Source: Schizochytrium sp. TIO01 (Eukaryota; Protista; Bigyra: Labyrinthulomycetes). From it: 64,000 nucleotides of DNA. The notes under the pieces were generated by a model. That model was not told where the DNA came from and did no database searches. It was given only the letters and a program-made list of their open reading frames with translations. Location: assembly GCA_004764695.1 (NCBI GenBank), contig SMSO01000035.1, positions 248,001-312,000 of the forward strand, read 5' to 3'. Position numbers and translations under genes: made by a program. Of this stretch, positions 10,834-23,200 are shown one piece after another; positions within the stretch are counted from its first letter, which is position 1, and each line of letters begins with the position of its first letter.

Positions 10834-13800
10834 TCATTAATTTGATGTCATGGTCATGCCACGAATCATGAATCGTGGATGGCGATGATGGTGGCGATGA
10901 TGATGTCGTGCAGCGCAGCGCAGCCGATCTTGGGAAGGAACCAAGCGACCTTTGAGGCTTGAAAGTGCGGCGAGTGTAGGAACTGCCATGTGGTCGGAGT
11001 AGGGACTTTCTTTGGGCACGGCGCTGAATGGCGTCTCAACTTGAGCGTGCGATCACTTCGCTAACGCCACGTGGCACCTGCCGCTGCCTCGAATAAAAGT
11101 TGACACCCTCCTTCAAGATACACCACACCATTCATTCGTCCGTTCATGCCACTCCAAATATCCTGAGGCCTGGCGAGGAGCGAGCGAACTCGTTCTGTTG
11201 ACCTGCGTGTCTTCGACGTCAACTCCAGCTCCAATCCTGCAGCGCGTGACCCTGCGAAGTCAGAAATTGCGCGAGGACTCAGAATAAGTAAAATATCTCG
11301 AGCATCGCATGCATCATCTCGATGGTCGCATTGAAGAAATAAATCCGCTCCGCCTCAACGCAGCTGGCAGACAGCATTGCCAGCTCTTACCAACGTCGTG
11401 CAGGCACCGCTTCGCGAGCACAATGCCACGCCAGGTAGCCTTCAAGACTTTGAACGACGGCATCTCATCGTGCAATCTGTCAACAAAGGAGAACCCTCTG
11501 ACTTGAGCCAATTCCTTCAACAATCTCATCGAAGGTGGTACGTACTAGCAACTACTATTATCCATAGTATGCTTCGTGCTAGCAGGCCCTACTTACCAGT
11601 AACTGAAAGCTACCCCACAGTGGATGTACCAGTGGTGAAGGCGCAGGCGAAATGACTAGGGTTTAGGTTATGAGGGAGGTACTTCGGATAGTTTCCCCAC
11701 TACGAAGCAGGTGCCTGTGGACAGCCTGTGCAATAACAATTGGTTGTACTCGTACAATGTAGGACGGACTCCATCCATGCTTGCAATGTTCAGGTCTTCA
11801 GGGCAGGAGATGGAGCGTAATTTGTGACATTTTTGCATACGCAGTCTCTGGGAAGCAAGAGGAGCGAGACAATCTTGTGATGTAAGATCAATTGGAGTAG
11901 TCGGAGAAAATTTTTCCAGCGGAGATGGTTGTAGATTGGTTGTGGCTCGGTTTTCATGGTGGGCACACGCTCTTCTTTTAGAACCTGGCTCGAAAGTAGA
12001 AACTCAGGCAGCTCCCATAATACAGTGCTACGGCTTACGACCTGAGTCTCCCATGGTACTTGCATCGGAGCTGGTCATGATTATGGAAACGAACATACTA
12101 CGTTGAATATTTGGCAGCTTTCGCCGGTTGGAGGGCACTGTCTTGAGTCACGAAACTGCAGCAGTCGAAATTTATTCAAGGTTTCAAAGCCATCCATCCT
12201 GTATCCACTTCGTTGACTAGATCAGAAAGAAGTGGAAGTAGAAGAAGAATTTGTAGCAGTAGCGGCGATAGTCATAGAAGATGCTTGGCAACGCTACCGG
12301 GTACTTGATTTTGAGTGTTATGCAATAATGAGGAGCGAGGAGTGAGGATAAGCCCAGATTGAGGTTTCATCTATGACTCGAGCGAGACTCTGTCAAGACC
12401 CGAGGGAAACTTTTGGTGATTTTTCGCATAGCACAGTGAAAGTGTTGATGTAGTATATACGACATGTTGTCGTATATTACTTATTTCTTTATAGCCAATA
12501 CCAGCAAATTCCTCCCAGAAATTGGAATGATGATTAGATAATACGCATCAACATCTCAAGAAGACGATAGAGTTGGGTAGAACATTAGACTTGGCGTGAC
12601 AAAAGCTGTTCTCTACCTCTTTGCAACTCCATGACGCGGTGTTTGATTTTGACCTTTTTGTTAATGAAATTATGAACTATTGAAGTAATATCCAGCAATG
12701 TGCCCAACCTGGCTCTCCTGTTCGACACCTCCTGTCTATTGGACTGACACAGTACATTCATCCTGCCTGCATCCAGACCCGAAACCCGAGAATTGAAATA
12801 TGATCCTCTTTTTCTTTCTCCTGAGTTCGCCATCCTTGTCAGACTACCTCTACACGCTCCACAGCACAAGCTACTCTGCAATATGAACTAAAGCATCTTC
12901 GAGATGCAAAGGAGAACAACCACTGTAGGACAGGCACGCATATGGCTGCATTTTCTTTGAGTAAAAGTCAATACATCATGCGACCCTATCGAGCTATGGG
13001 TATTGTGCTCTTGCGGCCAAGCTCAAGGGCGGCTTAATAAAGATACACCTCTTCATAATATATAAGCCTTTCAAGATATTCTCCAGCTCCAGTTGATCTC
13101 CACAACGTCGCAAGCTCCCACTCCGTGCACGTAAGTCCCTCGGTCCATGCAAAGTTCTTGAGGTTTGGCAACACCTGTGCAAGCAAACCCAAACTTGCAT
13201 TACATTAATGCATTGCCTCGTTTGAATTCTGCAATGCTTTTACCAAGGCCAGCTGCGTACCTAACTTTAATATGAGGATGCCAATTCGCCTTGGTTGTGT
13301 CCACCGGACCTTTCTGTAAACAAAGTCTACTACTGCATATCGAGACCTGTGATCTGCTTGGATTCAGCAAAGCTCTCGTTCTATTGTCTAGCTTCCCACA
13401 AGTTTCGTGTACATGCCATGCGTTGTAGTGCAGTAGAATGACAAAAGGTTTTGATTTCTAGCTTTATTATCTGTATACAGAAACAACTTGAAGCGAACAA
13501 AGAACAGTCACTGACTTGAAGGGCGAGACTCTTGGAAAGCAGAGGCGTGTGATACAAAGGTTATGTTCTGAGTTTCCAGGAAAGAGCAGCAGTGACAGGG
13601 AATATGCCTTCTTGAGAGTTAGCACATGGCAACGCTTGATGGGAGATGAGTAAAATATAGACTAAGTACGGTAATAAATGGATGTCAGGAGCAGTGTTTT
13701 CAAGGATTAATTCAGGTTAAGATTAGGCCTCTTCTTCCACCCTGGAATGCTGCTTGCCTGTCACTAGCAACTCTCGCCATCGCCTTGTCCTCCGGCTTAA

Positions 13801-14574
13801 AGGTTTGATTATTGAGGTTCGGTGTTTGCATGCGAGCCGTGAGTAGATTGGGGTTTTACCACCTGCAGTCATATACCTTATGAGCATGACTTCGACAAAG
13901 AATCCAGAAGTACGTATTAGGCACCAGGCTTCTCTCTGCTACTCTGTCGTGCATTGGGGTTTTATCCCCCGCTGGCATCCACCTTAGGGAGGGCCCAAGT
14001 ATAAAGCCGCTTGTGTACTTTCACTTGTACATTACACCACAGAAGCTACAACAAAGGAAACTCAAAGCAAAGAACAAAGCTACTTTCTAGGTGCATTCTT
14101 TATTGATTTAAGCGGCAAATCCTGCTCGGTTTCCGACAAGTGAAATGCCGTACCTAGTCCCTCGATATCCAACAATACGCACACCATCAGACTGAGTAGA
14201 TATAATCTTGTTTCTATTGATTATAAACATATGAAGCTACTTCAATAATACATCTTCATGTGCGTATACATTCAGTAGGACTACCACAGATTGCAGGCAA
14301 CACTATATCAACGCTCGCTTGATCTGTGTTTCAAAGCCTTCATGTGCGTACTACTATTAGTAATATTAAAAAAAATTGTCTCCTGTGTGTGTTCACTGAG
14401 ATCTTATTTATCCCTGTGCTTTGGTCTTTATCAGAGTGTAACCATTTCTGATTCGCTCAGAATGCGCCGTTCATTAAACCATTGTAGGGAACCTGGAGCT
14501 ATTGAAAGATTGTTAAAAACTCAAGCTAAAATATCCAAGCTTAATATGGTTTAGGTGAGTGAATCAATGAATAA

Positions 14575-15045
14575 ATTGGAGCCTGCAAAGCCAGCTTGGA
14601 CTCCTGCCGTCGCTAGGGAGTATTCATCCATGAGCCGCTGCTTCGCTATTGTGCGTGCACCTTGTGCTTCTTTCTTCACTGCTTACTGCTTGCGATCTTG
14701 GAAGTGGCAGTTGGTTATTTCATTGGAGTAAACTGGAAGTGGAATTCGTAAGCGCTCGCTTCTTTGGAATTGGCTTCAGTTTTTGTCGCCTCGATGAAAC
14801 GAATCGACCCGTTAGCCAACCACTGGTAGGTCTGCAGGACCTTTTGGGGTGCTGACCATCGAGTGACGATCTGTTACATTGCTTGCTTGCACTCGAGGAG
14901 GTTCTCCATGCAGACGTTTTGTCATGAGTCGTGGCCATGATCGACTGGTCCCATTCGGAGCTAGCTAGGTCCACAATGTTCAAGGTGGTCTTGATGGACA
15001 ACCACCACAGAATCGAAGAGTCCGTTTTCTTGATCAGAGTCAATT
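14575..15045 (-). pseudogene. Decayed protein-coding relic of unknown family
   Basis: One minus frame reads protein-like across scattered stops (DSDQENGLFDSVVVVHQDHLEHCGPS*...QIVTRWSAPQKVLQTYQWLANGSIRFIEATKTEANSKEASAYEFHFQFTP); no microsatellites. Family not recognised. Confidence 0.3.
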
Positions 15046-16277
15046 AAAAACTAGAGTGGCTCGATAGTCTCGAAATGAGCTGCTTCCTAGCCATTCGCAG
15101 TTTGGGCCAGGGACGAGGGCCTCGCGATGGTCCGCCTACGAACGACTTATCGCCATCCACGCTCTATGTATGGCCGGCCACCCGACCATAAATCTTGATG
15201 ATGATGATGATGATGATCTTCGATATCCACGACATCACTCACCTCGCTACATGCATCGATTATGAATCATGAATGATCAATGACCAAGACGTATGTATCG
15301 GAAGCGATCAACGAGAAGATCCATCACCAAGTGAAAACCGAACACCGATCTTCGAGCGAGACCGCGCTGATCGTAGCTTCGCAAAGGCAGCATAAGCGGC
15401 AAGCAATTCATTCAAGATGATCAGGAACCTCGCCCGCCTCTTTGGGCTCCACGTGGCACCTTGTGCTTGGTACTTGAGTGAACCATAGCGAACCGAAGCT
15501 TCGCCTTCAAGCTGTTGGAATCGCTGTCCATTGCTCATTCAATCAACCCAGATCTTCCTCACGCCGCTCGCCCAGTTCCCCGTGGCCACATTGTAGCACA
15601 GCTTGCGCGATATGGAACATCATCCATCACCAAAGCTCCTCCATTTCGATTTGCTTTCCATTTCCACGACGTCGTCGTGGGAGGCTGCCTTACTGGTTAC
15701 ACTTGTAATTGTAATTTCCTCGTCCTCGTCCTCGTCCTCCTCCTCGTGAAGATCATTCACTCCAGACGCCTGTGCGATCTGCGTCAGACTTGGAGCAAAA
15801 GGCTCTCCGCTGCCGGCCTGAAGCGGCTTTGGACTCCAGGATTTCGCGAGGTCCTGATGAATTAATTTAGCTTTACATGGCGAAGATTCTCGCGCGTAGG
15901 ATATCTATCTTCTTTGGTTTGAGCAAGTATCTTTATCCACAAGTATATGGGTAGTTTCAAGTAATGTTAGAGCACTTCGAAGTACTTTGTAACATTTTAG
16001 AGTGCTGATTAAATTAAATTGAAGTAAAAATCAGAAATTAGAAATTAGAAGAAAGTACATTGACGAAGTCTTCGAGATCACTCCAAAGATACGATCGATG
16101 ATACATACTTGAATAACACCGCTGCGGCTCCTTCAAGTCAGCACTGCTAACGCTCCTGACACCCAGCCAGCTAGTATCTCCGTGGCAAGTAAGTAGGTCA
16201 GTAAGTCAGCAAGTCAGTCCAACTAGCTAGCTAACTAACCAGAAAAGTACCTTTCACCATATGTATGATATGTGGTC

Positions 16278-16335
<58 letters not shown>
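16278..16335. repeat. (GAAA)n microsatellite
   Basis: Read directly. Confidence 0.95.
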
Positions 16336-16336
<1 letters not shown>

Positions 16337-16606
16337 GAGAAAGTAAAATGGTATTCTATTGACGAACAAACAGCCTTGCGCAAAACCAATGCCAAAGCAG
16401 TTCCCTCTCTCGCAAAAGCTGGCTGCCTCTGCCTTTGGGTGGGTACCCGAGAGGACGCTTATCCTCTCTGCACAGGCGATGGCAGTCAGATTTCTACAGC
16501 CAATCAGGCCCCGGATCAGGTTTCCTGAGCGGGAGAATCATCACTCACCCTGAGACTCAGGCATATTTAGGGGCGGCCCATTCCGATTAAATTAAACTTT
16601 ATTTAA

Positions 16607-16655
16607 TAAAACAAACAAAACAAAACAAAACAAAACAAAACAAAACAAAACAAAA
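16607..16655. repeat. (AAAAC)n microsatellite
   Basis: Read directly. Confidence 0.9.
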
Positions 16656-19600
16656 AAGCTTTCATTGATGGTATTTTATTTTCTGTTTTTAAGAAGACAC
16701 TCTTGAAAGGAAACTTGACGCCCACAGGGGAATGCCCGGCAGGAGACAGAGCTGATGGGTCTCCCAACGGCTGGTTGAGGTTTTCGAATCTTTGTTCTTT
16801 TAAGGCTTGGAAAGGGAAGCTTCTTCGTCTATGGTAAAATGCTTCTTTCACTGGTGTATGCGTTGTTTTTGTCAGAGTTATCATTATAGTTTTAAAAGAT
16901 GTAATTTGAAAAAGATGCGAAAATGCTTACGTACGTACGTACCTACCGCATAAAGCAGTACCACCGCAATAATAATTATTCTTTTATTTTATTTTATTTT
17001 ATAAAAACTAAAATAAGTAGATAGATAAATAGATAGATATAATAAAAGAAAAGAGCAGCGTGAAAAAAGCGATGTCATCTCATACGTAATACGCAATGTA
17101 AAGTAAGCGGCAGAGCAGCACTGCGAATGGATTCCTTTCCCTTCGAAGCCTTCGCAGTGCTCTGAGCCTGTTTGGGCGTCCTCAGAGCCGTTCTTCGCGC
17201 CGCCACGAGAGGGAGAGAGGCTGCTTCTCCCTTGCTTTGCTTCTCTTCTTCGTGGCTGCTCGGCTCCAGAAAAGGGTTCCTTCTTTCTTTCTCGCATTCC
17301 TTGAGAGCTCCGGCGCGAGGAAAAGTCTTCTGCTATTGTTATTATGGCTTGAAGATTATAATAGAGAAAAGAACAGTGATGGAAGGGACTTTGAGCGCAG
17401 ACTGAGCATTTATTTTGTGGCTCTGCAGTCGAGTTTGATTATGGGTGGCGAGGAGTGCTCCACTCATTTATGTGTCCTGAGACCACGAAACCGTTGGGAG
17501 GGAGGGAGGGAGGCTATTTGTTTGTTTGCTTGTTTGTTTGTGTGTTGGTAAGTAATAGTCGATGAGTATTCAATTACTGATATTATTTTGACTTATCTTT
17601 ATACTTTTCGAGGCAAATTACATTCATGTAATCTATGGTTGAGCATTATGAGGTACTAAAAGCAAAACTCTTGGTTCTTTCTACTTTACCCAAAGTAAGT
17701 TCTTTTCGATTTAAAAAGAAAAGGGAAAAAAATGAAATCGTAAAATAAAAAGCGAAGTAAAAAGTAGCGAAAGAGCCCTTCCGTTCAAAGATGAAGAAAA
17801 CGAAAGAATCATCACGCAGCCATGCGCGCGCAAAAACAAAAACAAACCTCCTTTGAAAATTTTAATTTTTTAAGTTTATTTTTAAAGCTGATAGTGAGAA
17901 AGCTTAAGTTATTATAGCACTCGGAAGTTATTACTTTCCTGAAAGGGTTTGAGACCCGAAAGAGAAGAGAAGTTCTGCTTTCTGTGTGGCACTTGTTCCT
18001 GCTAGTCTGTAAGTACTTCAAAGCAGTCTTTACAACGCTCAATTCTCAGCTTCCGTAGCACCGACCCCATCCAAGGCCTGACTGCACCAACTAACGGACG
18101 GCTAAAGGCAGCCTCTTGAAGCTGTAGGTCTCCACGCTCGAGGGCTCCGGCAGAATATCGAAGAAAAGTTTAGGCTGATGAGATTGCGATGACCCAGAGT
18201 GTGTTTTAATCGCATCGATGGTCATGGGTGACTTATAAGCTGCGATCGATCGATCGATCTCTTCATTCTTCTCTTCGCTCGTAGGGACTGCACAATTGTG
18301 AATTTCATGTTCGAAATGTTAAGCTCACTCCGGCCATCGCCGCTCTGCGAATAGTAAAGTTATTTATCGCGGCAAGTTTGCCTCGTGCCTGGCGAGAGAG
18401 CATTTGCCTGAGTGTGTCATGATTACAGTGTGCAATCAATCGTCGGGTGCCTGGTGGGGAAGTGACGAGGAGCTTCGCCCCCTTTAATCGTGCAAAGAAA
18501 CGAAGCCTACTTTGTTGTTTATATTTTTGTTCTCGCGACTATAACTAGGCGCCTACTAGCGAGTACTAAACCCAGTTCGAGCAGAAACTTGAGACTTGTT
18601 GTCGATTCTGTGGCGACATGAAGGGATGCCAGGTTTTAGACCTAAGCACACGCAGGAGAGCAAGTGGTGGGCTTTTGGTGACGGTGAGGATCTGTGTTCA
18701 CGTAATCGGAATAAAAAAGGTTTTCAAAGAATGCCCAGCAATTGCTTGCGAACCGTCAGTCGGCTTCTTTGTAATAACTATATGTACATTATTTTGAGGA
18801 GGAGCTCAACCGTTTTGGCGGTCGTCGGACATCAGTGGTTTGGTCACAAGACCTTGGGCTGCTGAGGAAATCTCCTTGCAAACATCGGGGAAATGCGTAT
18901 TGTAGTACATATACTTGATTGCTTGTTTCTGTAAATGAACAGTAAAGTGATTTGTAGATCAGTTGAAGTTACTTATCCATCTCACAGGTCTCTCTGTGTC
19001 ACTATACTCATCAGTGAGGACTAGGGGGCTCTGATCCCAATGCCTGTGAAAGTCATACAACATTTCGCATACCCAACATTAACGCCGTCAGTTTCCACAA
19101 TATAGCGGCGCGAAGTAGCGATCTCTTACAAGACGAAGTATTCATCACAGAGCATAGCCGACCTGACCAGAGCAAATCGTTCACCGAGGAAACATAACTC
19201 AACAGAAGTCAGATACACTGTCTGACTGGCCGAGAAGTCCCACAGAAGATTGGGGTACGATCGTAGCAACCTTAAGAACACATAAAACCTGCCTGAAGTT
19301 CGGCCACCCCATTTTGTTAGCACCAATGGTTATTCAATTTTAATTTCAATTGACTCGTTTTTCTGAAAAGAAAATTTACTCATGTCATTTGCTTCACTGG
19401 CTGGCCTTCTGAAGATCGATATGGCGAAAACTTGATCGCTCCGTTGAGGATCGACGATCAATTTCGAGGGATGCAAATATATACATACATGCTGAGTTGG
19501 CAGAAAGAGCAGGTGCAATCATCGGCAGAACTCGGTCTGGAATCAGCGTGCGGAGCTTCGCGGGCCGATCCATCCATCCATCCACGAAGCGTCTCTTCCG

Positions 19601-20209
19601 TAAGGTGTTTGAAGAATTACAGCCGAGTGTGCCTTCCTCGGCAGAACTGGAAGTGGTAGGACAACTAACTAACTGCATGCCCACCTGGTAACATACTACC
19701 TTTTAAAATAAAAATTACTGGCTGGTTCCAAGGGTGCCGAAAGGGCTCATGGCGCACGCTTCCTCGCACAAATCTTGACTGGCCAGTCTTTCGTTAGTCG
19801 AAGCTTCCATTCTTGTTTCGCTCAAGTTACGTCCTCAACGATTAATCAGCACATCGTCACTGTTCGAAGTTCTTTTGGGTCTTCGCCCAAAGGCTTTGAG
19901 CTCAACAAAGGCCATTCATTGCCAAGTGCTTTTCTTCAAGGGACCTCCCTTTTACAGAGTCTCTTCTGCTGCTTTTTTGAGGCATTAGAATAAGTGTCTC
20001 GTGGACCTGCATCCCGTCAGTTGATTAAAGTTTGGCTGTTTGTTTTTACAGAATTGCGCTCTTAGGTGTCGCGACGCAGGACGGGTTTGGCATCTGTGCT
20101 ACCGAGAACAAGTTGGCAGTTGGTAATCAATCAGGAAGCACTTCCTATTTGTTTCTCCACTCGTAGTAGTACCTACTTCATCATAAATAATTAATTCATG
20201 ATGGTCTTG

Positions 20210-20212
<3 letters not shown>

Positions 20213-20250
<38 letters not shown>
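20213..20250. repeat. (CTG)n trinucleotide microsatellite, non-coding context
   Basis: Read directly. Confidence 0.95.
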
Positions 20251-20252
<2 letters not shown>

Positions 20253-23200
20253 ACAGCCAGTTCTTGCGCACCTTCCTGAATCTTTAGCCACCCAATGCCA
20301 ACTAACAGCCGTGCTAGCAGTGCCCTAGTAGGTTTCCTACTTCGAAGTGTCACTCAAGAACGTGAACAAGTCAAACAAAGCACAGCCAACTAAAAACTTC
20401 CCTAAGCGTGCTTAAAAACCCATTAGCTATCTATCTACAGAGGTGCTCTTAGGTACAACTTGCTTGCTTCAAAGAAATCTATACATCTATAAAATCGGTG
20501 CTGTGTCGATCGTCATTATCAGCTTCACGGAGACGGACACTCATCGATGTGTATTCTTTGCTGCAAGAGCACCAGCAAGAGCTTGTTGTCTTGCCGTCTT
20601 GGAGGCGGGCGTGGTGGCGATGTCCGCTCTTCTAACTTGGTCCGCACAGTTGTCATTTTTCTTATGCTCGTTCCAATGGGAATGAATGCCCTCTCTTCAC
20701 AGTTTATGTGCGCTCCTTCATCACAGCTGCACCAAATCAAAACACAGCAGGATTGCAGTTCCCAGAGTTTGTTTTCATGCATTCGTCCATCTCCTCCTCG
20801 TCTCCAGGTTCCCCGCCTACACCTTCCCGAGCCGCACGAAGAGCTCGAGCGAGCCCACGATGGCAATGATATGCTATGATATCACATGATATCATATGAT
20901 ATGATATGATATGATATAATCTTGAGACCCTTGGGCCTCGAAAACTGCACTTCGTAAGACACCAATCAATCGCAAATGAAAGCTCGCACGCGTACACAAA
21001 TATGCATTAAAAGCTCCGACGTCTCCACAAAACAAACCTTTGGCATCTTGAAGGCACACACACACACGCACGTACAAACTCCGCTTGCAATTCCAGCGAT
21101 TCTGGGCAAACTCTGAGAGCTGCTTGCGCCAAGGAAACGACTGGTGCACAAACAATGGCAGCGGCCAAAGAGGTCAAACGACGACAGAGCAAGGCCAATC
21201 GTCGCCACCGCCACCGAGCGAGCGAGCGAGTTAGCTTTCTTCGAGGCTTTCTTCGAGGCTTTCAACGCAGTTTTGAGCGCACGCACGTCTAACTCTGCGA
21301 AGAGTCCAGCTCAGCTCAGCTCTGCTCTGCTCTGCTCAGGCACAGCCACCGAATAATCGAAGAGTCTCGACGTACTGCCGAAAACGTCGTTACCATCACC
21401 GTCGCCGCCGTCATCGTCGCCGTCGTCCTCGGTGTCGAGCAAGAGAGAGAACTTTGCGGCAAGAGAGGACGCGCAGAACTCTTCGAGGTCGGCCGCGAGG
21501 TACCTCATGTCCTGTGGATCAGCGACTCACTCACTCACTCATTGATTGATTGACGCTTTCAGTAGATGGATAGATATTATTTTTATTTTCACTTTTCACT
21601 TTTAATTTGGCGGAAGAAGAAATGGGTTTCGCAGCATATCCATCCAATCAATCCGCTTTTGTCAAGAATTTGAAGCCTTGAGTGAGCAAAGTTTTAGTCT
21701 CAAGTACATACATTCATCTCTCTCTGCTGTCATTCCTTCAAAACCTTACGTAACCTTTCTCTAAAGTATAAGAGGAATGATAATTTATTATTAGTTTTAA
21801 TTAGTTTTAAATGTTATTTTAAAAAACAAATTTAAAAAACAAAAACAAAAAAAACTCCGATTGTTGTTATCATGGCACGATAAAAATTTAGCCTCGGTGC
21901 AGCAAGTGAAACTTCAATAACTTGGACCTGTGCGAAACTTAGGTTTGCGCATGGCGGCAGCCATGACCAAGTGCTCGGGCTATGACTGAGCAGAGGATGG
22001 CGGTTTCGCAGTATTTTCGAAAGGTTCTTTGCGGCCAACCAAACAAACAGCCCACCTCCTGTCAGCCAACCAACCAACCAAACAAGCAAACAAACAAACA
22101 AACAAACAACGACCGGCCCACCACTAAAAGAGGGGAAAGAAAAACAAAGAAAAACAAAGAGAAACAAAGAAAATCAAAAGAAAAACAAAAGAGAAACAAA
22201 AGAAAACAAGAAAAACAAAGAAAGAAGCAAATTACGTTGTTAAATAAGGGCAAAGCGGCCGCCAGGTCAGCGCGTGCGATGTGCCAGCGCAGACCTCTTC
22301 TGCATACATACATCTTGGTCTGGAACTTATGCCTAAGCGGATTCCTAAAATCAATTCGTGGACCTAGCTACAGAACCAGGTCTTCTTCTTCTTATTATTA
22401 TTATTATTATTATTATCGAGCACGTCCCATCTTCAGAACTTGAACCTCTCCGGGTCTTCTTCGAGTTCTTGAAAGCGATTTGAGTCAGCCTTTTGAGGTT
22501 CAGGTTTCTCGCTTTCGGCACCGCTCCCCGGCAGGAGTAAAGGATGGGTAACCTGTAGGAGCTCCTAGCCTCAAGATCCCGCCAGGGTACCACGCACTAA
22601 GATTCCTCTACCACTGCATAGTACCAATTTAATTTTAAGAATTGTTCTGCTTTTTTGGTTTTTAATTAATTAGAATACAAGAGTTAGTTAGTTTCTTTTA
22701 TTTTTTTATTTTTTTATTTTTTAAGTACATCTTCTCTTTAAAATTAAAAGTAGAGCTACCATTTTAAAAATGAACGAGCAAGTAAAAACACCTAACATTT
22801 TAGGTATTTTTTTAATTTAATTTTAAATGTTTTTTTATTGTTTTGTTTTTACAGTAATAGAAATCGCGAGAAGTGGAACAAAAGTAGGTAGTCAGTCGTA
22901 ATAAGCAGGTGAAAGATGAGTGGATATGAACTCAGAACAAGCAGAGGGGAAGAGCAGGGCCGGCTCTCCTTCGCCTATTTTTGATGCTCTCATATACCCT
23001 TTGTACGTATCTACCTATACAAGAAGAGCTCGTTTGTTGGAGTTTCGGTTCAACAACTCATGCCACATAAAAAAGTACTCACTCGGCAGCATTCTCTTTG
23101 GAGAATCGATCAGAGTGTAATTCGGATACTCCGTTATTATAGGAAAACCACTTTTAATTATTGTTTTCTGTAGCACGTACTAATTTAATTTAAAAAAAAT

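Noticed and set aside
11655-11670. Telomere-like TAGGGTTTAGGTT
   Set aside because: Only about two degenerate units; chance level.
21832-22443. K/Q/N-rich 153-aa ORF and hydrophobic antisense ORFs
   Set aside because: Built from A-rich simple repeats and (TAT)n.
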